64,000 bases of DNA from Marsupella aquatica (lineage: Eukaryota; Plantae; Marchantiophyta): the NCBI GenBank assembly GCA_973895155.1, contig OZ316892.1, positions 16,172,357 through 16,236,356 on the forward strand, read 5' to 3'. Below, piece by piece: positions 49,101 to 62,323 of this stretch. Below the pieces are notes generated by a model. That model had not been told where the DNA came from. It did no database searches and was given only the letters and a program-made list of their open reading frames with translations. The translations under genes were made by a program, and so were the position numbers. Position 1 is the first letter of the stretch. Each line of letters begins with the position of its first letter.

Positions 49101-52100
49101 TCCATGAAAGTACTTGATTACAACATATCACCCGTTGGTTCTCTAGAATTTACCAATCTTCCTTCCCACTGCTTGCCTACAATAATAATAATGTGGCAGT
49201 TCTACACATTAATGTATGTCAATGTAAGCCCCTGTGAGTTCCCGTTGATTCTAATTTGACTTTATTTTTATTCCAGAGTATTTAAAAGATTGCTAAATGC
49301 AGGTCTAGGACAGCCTGCGTCCAAAATAACTACACTCAATAGCATTGTTTCCAAGGAAGCCTTTCAACAAAGAAAATATGATGCTGACATTCCTACAGTT
49401 ATTTTAGAAGAAAGCTAAGTAACTTTTGGAGGAGAATCAACAGAAGAAGGGTAGTTCTAATGTAGGAGCGGTCATTGCCGTTGATGAACCTGCAGGTCCA
49501 ACACAATCTTCTTCCATGAAGTTGCTTCTTTCTCAAAATACTTCACAAAAGGTGAGGCACACATCGATAGTATCTTCACCACCTGATCGTCAAGAATTGT
49601 TTGAATCTCATCCATGCCCCCTAAAATGAATGTGCCTGAATCCTTGTATGGCAATACAACGAACTTCACCCCATCCCAGTCTTTCAGCATCTTCTCAAGT
49701 GTCTTTTCAAAGGAATACTCTTTACTAGCAGCTCCACTGATTGTGCGAACCTGCACCTCATCCAAATTCACGTGTCAGTTCGAGGTGACATTACATCTGT
49801 TAAGGACAAGAAAGACCAAACTAGCCCAGATAAACCATTCCTGCCTCGTAAGTAACTTTGTAGCACAAAAACCTCGGCTCTCTACCAAAGCGCACTATTA
49901 ATAATACCAATAATTGTGACGAACGCGACAACACCATTCTGTTTATAAATAGGGAATCGATTCTCTGTACGGTCAAGATTAGAAGTAATTTCAACATCAG
50001 TTGTCACAACTTTGCTAAAGTGCAAACTTGAAAGCCTCTAACTGGTTCGAAAGACCTCAATATTTACTGACCATCCATTAAGGGTATACGTTTCAGTCAA
50101 CGTCCACACTAATTGCTCTTTTCGATTTTTTACCATGCTAAACGGTTATTTGGTCATTCTGCCTTTGGCTTCCATTGCGGTTTTCTACAACAAAAGATCA
50201 TGTGTTGCGTGTGATGCCCAGTACGTGATGTCATAAAAATCAACAAATCAAGTAAAAATAAATTTGAGGGAACTAACGATGAACAGCTTACCTCTTCGAG
50301 TTTGTCCATAATGTTATTCGATAGTAGGTCATTAGTGCTAAATGTCAGATCTGGTGTGAATGGCTTGCCCATCAGATCAAATATTTGTTTCCAATGTCTC
50401 GGTTTTAAAGCAGGATTTGCCACCTCCTCAATAACAGGAGTTATCTGTGAAATTGCAAAGCTCAAATAAGATCAGATTACAAAAGCTAACGACCGCATAC
50501 TTAATAGTTCTTATGAACCAAGAGAACATTTACATTTCCTGGACTTAAATTTGTTTGAAGCTTACAGGATCTGAAACCGCAGTTACTGTATCCCATTAAT
50601 AATACCATAAAGTCACTGTGGATCGCTAATAGAACCACAAACAGACGATCATCGAGTCTCTTTACGGCTTGTATAGATTTACGCAATGTCTAGCGACAAA
50701 GTAAGGATTTGAGTGTAGTTAATTTTCGAGTCATGGCTCCAATAGGTGAAAGGATATGGCGTTAGAAATCAATCTAAATCACAAATTGAATGATTTAGCC
50801 AATGTGATGTAATCCAACAATGACGTTCGACTTCACTCTCCCAGTCATTAGTGATCGTTTAAAGAAATTCCTCAGAGAAGCCTGCTCGTCAAAGGACTGG
50901 AACTTTCTCCAATGATACAGGTCGATCTGGAAGGGAAGGAGGAAGGGCCACAAGCGACGCAGTGTTTAGCACAGCTCAAAAGCGATGTCACTGATCCACC
51001 ATGGCAAAGTAGAAATTTTGGTATAATGCAATCCTTGAGGAATGTGGAGTCTCCCCTAGACTAAAACGATGTACATCAAAGAACTCCAGTTGCTATATAG
51101 ATTGTCAGGCAAAAGATACGACAACAAGACAGCTTCATCCCCAAACCTTTTTGAAGTCTTCAATGGTGTCCTTGAGTCTAAACACAACTGTGTCCTCTTT
51201 ATTTGCTTTTCCCATCCTGTAAGCATCCTTTGCATAATCATCTGTGGTCGTCAGGACTTCTGACGCTTTCAGTGTGTAAACTGGTGCTGTACGCCATGAT
51301 GTTGTCATATGGATCCATTCGTTCAGAGCTCGCCACACGTTCCATCTCATGCTATACTCTTTCTCTGTCAAACTGAGACTTCCCATATCGTCTACGGCCA
51401 TCTGTTCGCGAGATAGATTGGCCACAGGGTAAGTTTTGCTAGAATACATTTTGCAATACGTAAAAACAGCTAGAACTTAGAGTATGGCTCTCCAGGCTCT
51501 GTAACGAACAATCTCCCTCCGTCCCGAAATGCTTGTCCTGTTTCTAACAACTTTTCATGTGTCACTCTACACGACAATATCCCAAACTTAAAAATTCGCA
51601 CAATGGACGAGCTCAAGGGAGTGCATCTTCACTGCCCAATTCAAATGCCTCTCAAAATATATTGCTGTACGTAGTTGAAGTTTAATTTTAGAAGCAGGTA
51701 AATTTTATGGGGAAGAGAGAGTCAAACATAGACAGCAGTGAAGTTGGAAAGATATTAATCCGCGGTAACTGCCGGGTTTCATCAAAATTTACATACACTA
51801 ACAGAGAGAACCTTCCATCAAACACGGAGAGCATAAGCCAAATTTCCCCGTCTGTACTACTTTTCACTTGAACGATAGGAAAGGGAAGAAAAGGGTGAAA
51901 TGCCAAGTGACCTGGAAAAGCTTTTGGTAACCTTTATAAACTTCCGTCTTTTCACGAATCTCTGTAAGCCTGGCATTAATTGCAGTCAAGTCAGCAACTA
52001 CGTCTTCGGGATCAGACTCTGGCATCAGAAACTTTCCAGAATGGAGTGTTCCAAGTATGTTCAGGAGCTCTTCACTGATGACTGTGACTTTGTGATCAAG

Positions 52101-55100
52101 ATCTTCCATCATTGGTTCCCTGAATTCTTGAATGTGAGCATAAGCAGCCTCGAGTGAATCTTCATACTTCATGACCACATCATGTAGATCATCGAGCTTA
52201 ACTTGATCTTGAGTAGGGATTTTGACCTCATATGCGTGTAACAGCTCGTACATATCATCCACAACAGTGGCGTCCTGGAGAGCAGCTTTCTTTCCTTCCA
52301 TCATTTTATCATGCATCTGCGTAAAATTCCTCAACCAGGATTTATAAGGCAAACCAGAAAAACGAATCAGCAATTCGTGAATTACATTTCACTATTGTAG
52401 CAGAGTACCCGGGCTTCCAAACAAATCTCATGTGCCCCTGAACAACTCTTTATGGTCCACGCTCGTTCTTCTCCAGGAGTCCCTTTGCCCTCTGACCCAG
52501 TAAGTCAGCTATGAGATCCCAGCGCCGTTCCGGTTCTAACGTGAAGCTTCCATTTCTCTGGAGGCAAAATATTGTGCGAGGGAGTTCAAATAGTAGGGTC
52601 TCCAAGTCCCAAACGTTGAGAAACGCTAAGCAGCTTGTTCTGTACTAGGGACCACAATACAAAGACTTGGTGGTAACTCAACAACAACCATGGGTACCGA
52701 AGTATGAATATTTCGAACTTGCCACAAAACAAAAAAATTCCAACCAGGAGGCCTGATGCCACAGACAAAAGACCCAATCAAGGGTAGACAACCAAATTGC
52801 CAACAAGCCAGAAGGACCCAAGCAGAAGCCCAGCACAAGAACAGCCAACAACCAAAACCTATGCTCTACATATCCGCAAAATGAAGAGCCTGGTACAGGT
52901 GCGGTGTGAAATGCATAGGAGGATAAAGCAAGGGAATCCAATTAGAGTCCCTAAAATCCCCTCACCCCTAGGAAAAATGTTGAATGCCTATGCCAGCTGA
53001 AGCCCAATAGACACAGAGTATGTACAAAAGGCCACAATAACAGTAGAGGGGGGCTTGACCATGCAAATGAGGATTTTGCTATCATCTAGACTCTGTTTTT
53101 TGTTTTCTAAATAACTGTTTTGCAAGTTACATGGAACATTCTATGCCTTCATTGGGTACATAACCCCAAACATAAAGAATTAAGTTCTACAGACCCTATT
53201 GGCTAGAAACTTTTTTGGGCCAGGAACAGTAACCCATGTTTTCATGCAGATTAAGACGCAAAAGAACATGCTTTTATTATGTTCTTGGCATGGACAAAAC
53301 CAAACAGCACTCATTTGCTTGCAGCAATAACCAGCTCGCTGGACTTCTTTGCCTAGGAAATTCGTTCCTGTGTGTCTAGCGCCATAAGAAAGGATTCCTA
53401 TCCTATGTGCTTCGAGATTTTATTACCAAGTTTACGGTAAAAATCATATAATGTATTTTGAGGTACCAGCATGAGCAAACTTGGTTACATTGTGATGTTA
53501 CCTTCTGATTGGGAGCCTAGTTAGGTTGGTTTGTCTTACTAAGATTTTTAATATGTATTTTTGTTTTCATTTATTTTAGACAAGGTGCATCATTTGTATT
53601 TTGGAGACTTTGAAATTATTTTTACCCACTCTTTAATGTTGTTTTAATTTTCTCTTTTGAGACCCCCTCTTTAGATTTATATTTTTTTCAATCTTGCCCA
53701 TAATTTGTTAGAATATGTTATTTTTATCCTTATATTCAAGTTATATTGAATTTATTTTTCATACATTATGGATATCTAAACCCTAAACTATCTATTTCCA
53801 AAAGTGAGATGAAATCCAAGGGGCGTGAGAAACAAACATAACAAAATAATGTCAACCCTCCCCTCTAAACTACAGCACAGAGTTCTTTTTCCTAGGCTTG
53901 TAGTTTTGAGTGATTTAAGTGTCGCTAACCTAAGTCAATATGAGAAAACATGAGACCCAACATTTTTTTGATAGGAATTTGCAAAAGTTTAAAAGCTAAA
54001 CAGTTGCTACTAGAAAAATTCCATGTGGAAATAGAAGTGGGCCAATTTGTAAAGGAATAAACCTTGAAGAGAAGACACTTTGTAAAGGATAGCCATTGAG
54101 GCACAAGAACCAGGTCGCCCAAAACCAATCCATTCTTGTTTTAAAGGGGCTACTAAAAAGTTCATCTAAACTCTAAAAAATAATGATTATTTATTCTTCT
54201 CAAAATGGGAATCCTTTTAAACCAGAAACAATACAAGACAAACTATCTTACCTTCTTTTTGGAGATACTCACACTTTTAGGTATGTTTATTAAAAAAATA
54301 TTCATTCATCTAGATCCGATAGTCCTAAAAGTTTTTGATTATCATTTGGGGAAAATTATTTAAAGTTGGAGCAAGCTGTTTTTACGTATCACCTTGTATT
54401 TTCTACTTAATTAGGAAAATAACTAGTTAAACTCGGGACTATTTTTAACTTTTACTATATCTCTTGCCTCTTCTGGATATGCTGACCAAGTCATGATTTT
54501 GGTCAACTCTTACCATAGAATTTCTAATATTCCGTGAAAGGTTGCCCCTGTATTCTCTCTATCATTGGATCCTTTAAATCTCTAGTTCCCTTTACTTCAC
54601 GTATTGAATCATTACAACTTCAGTTGGCAATACTGTTTCAACAAGAACCAACGAAGTGTGGTGCAAAGAGTTGCCATACCTTCATAAATGTGACAAATTC
54701 GTCTAGAACTGTAGGTCGCATATCCAATTCTTTGGCTCTTTCTTGAAAAGCTGTCAATGCCCCAAGAGTATCCTTTTTGGCATTACTTATTAGAACACCT
54801 TTCACAAATTCAAGAGTCTTGGTGGTGATGGGTATGAGACTATTCCTTAGAGATCGTGAATCCACATGAAGTACTCCAACAGTACTGTGAGCAAAAATCA
54901 TTTGAAGGGGGTTAGAAATAGCAAAGGAGAACTACAGTGGAACCATACGTGTGTCCTTATATGATTGCAAACAGTAAAATAGGATGGTCATTCCAGTAAA
55001 ACAGGAGATGTTAAAAAACCAACTGGCGAAGTAGGCATTTTGGGCGAATGTAGGTGGAGAGTCGATCTTTGCAAAGGAACCAGCTCAACTATGAAGGTTA

Positions 55101-58100
55101 TTGGATACCATGTTAAGACATCAAACGGGTTACATTTTGATGTAATCACATCCTGCTTTTCCAGTGCCTCTTCTGAAGCTATGGACCTTCATCGACAAAG
55201 ATTACAAATAATTGCTTCTGAATGCTGACGGACCGAAGGATAAATTTTTAAAAACACTTGTGTCCTTATAGAGACATGCATACAGCAATCAAACATGGGT
55301 TCAAAGAATTGAAGATAAACCTCGCATACTTAGATGACTAAACAATGATGTAAAGAACTAGATTCCATGTAGTTTGACCAAAAACTAAGATCTTACTACT
55401 CACTTGGAGGTCCTCATTTTCTCAAGTTCAATACGCCACTCACGTTGCCGAGCAAGCTCTTCCCTGTATTGCCGAACGGTGTGCTTCTCAGCCGCATATG
55501 CCTCAAAATCCCAGGATTCTCCAAAAGCAAAAAGATCACGATGTTCTTCAAATATCTAGCAGACGTACCACGCCAAGGCTAATGAACGAGCTTACAGTCA
55601 AACACCAAAGCCACAAGCAAACCATTATTGGATTCATATATGGAACACCCTTACAATCTAAAATTATAGACTCTTTCCGTATCCCCACCCTCCTGAACAA
55701 AAATTAAAAATCATGAACACTGATTTGCTGAACAGCCAATTTATTTTACAGAAACTTGGAAAGGATAATGCTGATGATGACATAATAACCAAGGAGGAGT
55801 ACACACTTGTGCATATTTTCGGGCATCTGCAAAGTCCGACACTATAATATGATCAATGGCCTCCCGCAACTGTGAGTAGTAAGGTGTCATCTTAATTATG
55901 GACATTGGGTTCATCCCAACAAACTTAGAGTCCAAGAACGGCAAAAACACTCTCATATGTGAGATACGCGGGGCAGACTGTAAGACAGTCAATACGCTAT
56001 CCATGGCGCTGTTCACTGCCTGCATACATCGGGGTCAATCTAATCTAACTTCAGTTACTCATTCTTCGTTGAAATGCAAGAGTCAATGGAACCAATTGCC
56101 TCTTTCAGTTTCAAGACTATTAGATAACTTACTAGCACCATCTTGCCCTTAGTGCAAAGTCACCTACCAGCTTTATAAAACTACTGCAAATTTAATACGG
56201 TAGGTACAATTGGTGGAGCAAAAAACTCAAAGGTGGTAATGCTTCACAGGCTTCCACGAAGATTTTTTTCCGAGTTAGCATCATGTACATGCAGAATTGC
56301 TGCCTCTCCGGGAGTGAATGTAATTGTTTTCTCCCCAAACGAGACAGTTGTGAGAAATACTCCTTTGGATGACTTATCCACTGCATGTCTGCAATGATCA
56401 AGGATCGAAAGGATGTCCATTCCAGTTGTGATAGCACGATATGTTAATCCTTCAACAAACATGTAGTCTACAAGCCTTATCAGGTTACCAAGCATCTTTT
56501 CTTCAGCCACAACCCGACGATAAGTCCTTGCCCGCTCAATCTTTTCGTGCTTGATGCTCACCATGCTTTGCACCTTGCTTCCTCGAGTTTGATGTAGATT
56601 GACGCCAATAATATCATCCAATTCAGCTTCATCTCTGACACTTTCCTGTTCAAAACCAACAAACAACAAAGCTGCTACCAACAGATTGCCTAGGATTTAC
56701 TATATGGTACAATTTATTTCAGATCTTTCACCAACTCTTTACCGTGTACCAAAACCTCCGCTCCTCACAAGCACCTATTAACGATTATTCTAAGAATATC
56801 TTGTGTTCGCCACTGTACTTCCTTTCACAACCCCAGCACCACTTCTATGACGCAGTGAGGAGCAAAAGCACATTTTCCCTTACTTTGTCCGCTAAAAGCT
56901 GAAAGGAACCAGTGGGTGAAGGAAAGTCCTGGTGAAAAGCAACCTCAAAGGTATTTTTTGGTGTTTACCAAGGATTTCATCTACTGTACCGTACCTGCAA
57001 AGAATGGTGACACGGCATCCGCTAAGACCCAACTTGAAATATTGACCGATTTGAACTGAAACACGGAGGTTTGATTATGCATACACGATATATCTTTGCC
57101 TGCTTCTTGGCTTCCAAGCAAATCATTGCAAGTACATCTTGCACTTTGTCTGCAGCTGCTTCCACGGCAGGAGCCAAAATAGTCTGCCTTGTCTCATCTT
57201 GTAGATGGATGAACTCTTCCAGGTTGTATAGATGGTTACTGGCAACGCTCAGCATGTCCAACTCGCAGAGCTGATACACATGTGTATAAATTTGGGAAAG
57301 TGCAGCCAAGAAAGCTGGTTTCGCAAAAAATAGTTTCCCGACTAGTTCTTTTCGCACACGAGTGAAGTGAGTCTGCCCGATATGCTTACGCCAAATATTG
57401 AAACATTTCTGCCTCAAGTAGTTGCCGAAAAAATGAATTTTGTGCATCAACGTGAAAACATACTTATTCCGCATCCATTCTTCCAAAGGTATAAAGCTGT
57501 TTTTGTGATTTCCTGCTCACAGAAAAGGGTGACTGTCACTAGTGTCGTAGTGAAAGGTTTTCAAATCAGATTTCTTACAGTGGTCCTGTTGACTAACAAC
57601 TTTCTTCACGAACAAGTTGGGTCCTCATACCAAACCAACTGAGTGGTGATATAACGGAGACCAAGAAAGTGATGGGTACTTGAAGTCCTATAGGTCATAA
57701 ACAACGTGTGCAACTTCACATCGGATTGCTTTGATAGCATGTAAGAATTTGATTCTGTGAGAAGCCTTCGTCTGCGAAGGAATGAAAAATTCCAACGACT
57801 GAATACATTGCATTTATGAAGTGAGAGCATACATGCAATCGTGAATCTGCATATAGAGTCACCAGAAACCTAGCCATGAATAAACTGGAAAAGTACTTGA
57901 TGAACAGAGACGAACAATGGTTAAGACCCACTGAGCTTCCTGATTTGAAGGTACTTCTAAAGAGATGACATACAGTTGTACAAGTACCAATGCCGTGATC
58001 GCAGTGGACGATGCCATCGTACGACATACTGAAGTACTCGTTATTTGTCTTTGTTCTTGGAACAACTACCAGATCGTACGGCTGGAAAACCTTCCCTGTC

Positions 58101-58903
58101 TCTATATGCTTGCAACAAAAGGTCTTCACACGGTTGTTCCCTTCATTCTCCACGAGAAAATTAACACAATCCTCACCGGTCTTGACGTAATCAAGCTCAA
58201 GATCCACTTGCGGATCTGGCTTATCGTGCTCCTTCCGCCTTTTCCTTACTCCTCCCTCTTGACAAGGTTGGTTTTCTGGTGGCGAGCTTGTACTGGCCTG
58301 TTGTTCAGTCTCACCGCTCCTCTCGTACAGATTGAGACATCGTTTCTTCTCTTCACACGCTCTCACCTTTCTGTAATCACCTTCCAATATCGCGTCCCAT
58401 CTTTCCCGATCAGGTAAATCACATTTACCTTTCAGCCCCATTGAATGACAGAAACCCCTGAAGATAGCATCTTCGATTCCTCGTGGTACTTTCTCGGTTG
58501 GCTGAAACAGGGCAGCACCCCCAACACCATCCACTCTGCAGGTGACTCGACTGTAAGGTAATCTGTAATTGGCCATCAAATCATCCACAGAGGGTAAACC
58601 ATCCTCAAACCCAACTGGCGCAACGGGAATAGATTCATCCGGATGCCACACCCTATATTGCCCTATACTCGTTTGTCCGTCACCGACGTCGATCTCCATT
58701 TCGTCCAGAACTGGATCCGGTGTGACGGAAGTATTACCACCCTGACTGGAGGACGCCCGACCAGGATTTTGTGAAGCTCCCCTGACGGTCTTCAAATTAC
58801 TCAACTCTGGAAGAATCGAAGCTGTTGGAGGTTTAATCGCGGTAGTATGGGGCGACAGGATCTCCGGACCCTCTCTCAATCCTTTCGAATGTTTGACATC
58901 CAT
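28187..58903 (-). CDS. Axonemal dynein heavy chain, single-headed inner-arm type (motor resembles DNAH3/7/12), ~41 exons, about 4,170 aa
   Basis: The reading frame can be followed across the splice junctions. Four P-loops: GPAGTGKT (~47020-47050), GLSFAGKT (~44980-45005), GGTGTGKS (~43400-43425), GVGGSGRQS (~39920-39950). Also [82 protein letters not shown], stalk/MTBD (~35900-36640), [15 protein letters not shown] and a C-terminal [15 protein letters not shown]. First exon 57988-58903, last exon 28187-~28513. Two GC-AG introns. Confidence 0.96.
40700..41550 (-). other. Organelle-like (probably mitochondrial, NUMT) insertion carrying part of a group II intron, inside the dynein intron 40168-41611
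   Basis: Abrupt GC- and CpG-rich block in an AT-rich intron. The minus strand carries a domain V motif, several UUCG-capped hairpins (e.g. TACAG-TTCG-CTGTA) and a GC-rich GGGGCGAAGCA...TGCTTCACCCC hairpin. Boundaries are approximate. Confidence 0.75.
40974..41008 (-). ncRNA. Group II intron catalytic domain V (remnant)
   Basis: The minus strand reads CAGCCGGATGCAGGGAAATCTCGCACGTCTGGTTC: AGC triad, lower stem AGCCGGA/TCTGGTT, bulge, GAAA-containing loop. This fits the RAGCCG.ATG...GAAA...CACGT..GGTTC consensus, with a slightly imperfect upper stem. Confidence 0.8.
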
Positions 58904-61691
58904 TGCGCCACCCCAGAGCTCGTCGAGAGGCCTTCAGTAACTAAGTGGGTAATGCCTGTCTAGGGTTTGGCCCTGCGATTGCTGGTCTTCAGTCCCATGA
59001 CGTTGTGCTGTAAGTTCTTCGGGCACTGCACAACTGGAACGCCGTCGAGGAAGTGTTTCGAAGCAAAAATCAGCGAAACGTCTTTCCACATGCGGCTCTG
59101 ACATAAAGTTCTAAATTACAGAGCCTGCTGAACATGGACACGAGAAAGCTGTCGATTCCGTCACAGTGGAACGCACAAGAGTCGCGAGCCCAAATCTGGA
59201 TAAAGGATCTCGAAAGTGTAAAGTCCACGATCTTCAAAAACCTATCGCGGCATTCCACATGCTGCGCGACGTGCTGGTGAGAGCCGGGGAAACAAAAACA
59301 GAAAAGAGAAAGTGTGCAGCTCCAAATTTTATCTGCTCGACGAATTGATTCCTCATGTTCCTCCCAGCCGCCCAGCCCTCTTAACCACCCCAACTTCCAC
59401 TGTATTCAAACCTAACCCTTGCATATAACCCCTGGAAACAGTAAGAATGATGTTGTTTATGAGAACAGTTAGTCTATGAATGTTCCTCAAGAACTCAAAG
59501 CATATATCAAGAAGCTCCAACAACTTGTAGACCAGATTCTCCTTACCTTTCCTCCCAAAACCATGTGGCTGCCCCATGTAAGTTAATCCATCACATAGTC
59601 CGTGCAAGAATGTTGTGAATATATCCACCTACTCCATGTGAAACCCATACAAGACAGCAAGTGTCATAACCAAGCACAAAGTAATCATAGTTACTATTGG
59701 AGAAAACACCTTGGTGAAGGAGGCGTGGGTGGGCTAGGTGGGCGTGCTCCTCTAGGATTAGCTAGGATTAGGATCAAGGGCAAAAGGCAGCCCCAACACT
59801 TGTATTAGTTTGAAGTGCGGATCCTCTGGTAAAAACAACACCTGCAATCTTGCCCCACTGTACATAGTTAGAGTAGACTTAGGATTACGCATAAGTAGGA
59901 CGACAGGCATGCTGCCAAGATAAATACCTGAGCAGTGGGAATGTCGGGGGTTTTTCTTAGACAAGCTTTAGTGCACCAACAACGCTGGGATCATCTGGTA
60001 AATGAAGCTCTTGGTTAGTTATGGAGTGTGCCATATGTATATTCATGTTTGGTCATACCCATAAACTGAATAGAGTTGGTCACACGGCTTAGTTCACAGA
60101 TCCTTGGGCCCGAGAAGTATTGAGTGTATGGATGTTGCATGGTTATATCTAAGTCACTCTACTTTGCTATTTGTGTGTCACATTGGCTTGTTTGGAGATT
60201 GCTCACATCAACTAGGAGAGAAGGAGAGACTAGCAATGGAGATCAATAGTGTTGGATCTGTTGGATTGATAAAGACCCTCAATGGCCACCAAGCCGATTG
60301 GGCATAATTCTCTGTGTGGAATACAAATATACTTGAAGAAGGGCAAGACTAGTGTAAGTAGAGGGAGCTAGCGTCATATCTCATAACCCGATGAAAGGAT
60401 TTGTCCAGAAAATATGTCTAAGAGATTAGCAACGTTCCATACTAATAAGTACACAAAACCACCCCCTAGGAGACCCAAAAGGGCAGGGACCGGCTTGTTA
60501 AGTGGTGTTTCTGGTAGTTAGAGGGTCTCGAATGCACCCGGGAATGCACCACAGGGCTTCGGTATGGAAATCCATTGAAACTACATGGGAGTATAAATAA
60601 ATTTATTTGAGTGATATTTGCAAAAGTTTTGACAATATATTGGAGGTACAAGAAGATAGTATACACTCATATATTATGAATGTTCCATGATATGGAACAT
60701 TATATCTACCTTGTACAAACTAAAATAGGTCATTTAAAAGTGGAAATAAAACCAAAAAAATTATGAAAAAAAAATCCCAGGAAAAGTGGAAATAAAGAAT
60801 ATTGTTAAACTCTTTTATAAACAGGGGTGTTCAAATTGCACATTGATTGCCCAAGGTATCCCTTTGTATGCCAAACCATACGCTTAGTTAACCCACCCAA
60901 GATTCCATCTTGATGCCCCTTAGTGTGTTGGCAGCCATGACATGACTTCCATTGGACAGCACTTTTGCATGACATCATTTCTCCTTGACATCATGACCTG
61001 CTTAGTTTGCCTATTGTCTTCCCTTGAGCACCATGGCGTTGTGTTTAAAAATGGAAAACAATTGGTCTTCATAAGAAAATGTACTAACTTTCAACTTGAA
61101 CACAAGGTCAATTTTAACACAAGGCCTGGGCGTTGTGTTCAAATTGGGCTTTGTGTTTGAGTTAGACAGTGGTGGACCAAGCCACCCAGCGCCCTCACCA
61201 ATCCCAGCACCCACGTCTAAGTGCCCCTGGTGCCCGAACGCCTCCAAGGAATACCTCGAGCAAGCAACCTAGTGCTCCTTGCACCACCTGCGGCCCCTCC
61301 CATACAAAGCCATGCTTGCTCTCCAACACGACCATTTCTCAACGGTCCTCACTGTTTGCACAAGCAACCCAGCGCATTGGTAAGTAACCCTTAAGGATCT
61401 ACATTCTGTTTTACGGCATGGCACCTTAAATTTTACCCATAATTTGCCACAAACACGAAAGGAAACAAATATGTTCTTGTTTGTAGCATGCTATGATGAC
61501 ATGGTGTGCTTTGTAGTCTAGAATTTTGCAGGAAACCCCTAATGGGGTCCATAAATATTGTTGGGAAGTAAAAGAGGCTTGAACTTGGGTTACACAACAA
61601 CATCAATTATCAATTTTGCCACCCAATTAAATTTGAATCTTAGTTGAGTAGCTAAGATGAGGCCTTTGCACCACCACACATCTCAGTTGGG

Positions 61692-61890
61692 CAGCTGAGA
61701 TTGACTCAATCTCGGCTGACCTTGTCGAGATAGGCGTATGGACCAAAAAAACAACAAACAAACAAAAAAGGAAAATGGAAAATTCCCCCAAAAGAAGTCT
61801 TGAAAAAAATGGCATTTGTACCGTACGGACACCCGTCCATGTCAGCTAATCTCAACGAGATGGGTTGTTTGTACGGTACAAACACCCATA
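61692..61890. repeat. Two inverted repeats (13-bp arms at 61692-61718; ~23-bp imperfect arms at ~61815-61882), probably DNA-transposon remnant
   Basis: cagctgagattga-c-tcaatctcggctg; tttgtaccgtacggacacccgtc ... gatgggttgtttgtacggtacaaa. Confidence 0.7.
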
Positions 61891-62323
61891 GTAAAGAAGG
61901 AACTCTCCCTCAAATTTGAAAGTTTTTTTCCATTTTATTTTCTCGAGCTACAACTCGACTGTCTCTCTAAGATGAGGTGGCAGTTGATATCAAACCAACT
62001 GATGAAAGTTACTAATATTTGATGAGATTGACTATTTACTTGAGAAAATTGTCTTCACCATATTGGGATTAAGTGTCTTGTGCTTGAACACCACCACACA
62101 CTAATTACTTTCACATTTCATGGAAAATTAATCCGTGGACCCCCATGTTTATCCAAGGAATGTGTATGTGATGAAGTGAAATCAATTTTCAGCAAGGCGA
62201 TAACCAATGGTTTTGAGTCTCCTGATGGTCTTGGTGTGTGCTCGTACAAAAGAGAACACTCAAAAGATAGAGAAGATTTATCAAAAAGAAGATTGAATGT
62301 TGAGGAATTGAGTTTTTTGATGG

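Noticed and set aside
55404-55555. Apparent missing or frameshifted dynein exon not shown in the ORF track
   Set aside because: Manual translation gives an open exon ([20 protein letters not shown]…EKMRTS) in phase with its neighbours, so there is no evidence of pseudogenisation.
58960-58968. Telo-box (TAGGGTTT) near the dynein start and CTAAACCCTAAA at ~53776
   Set aside because: Single short matches expected by chance; not an interstitial telomeric array.
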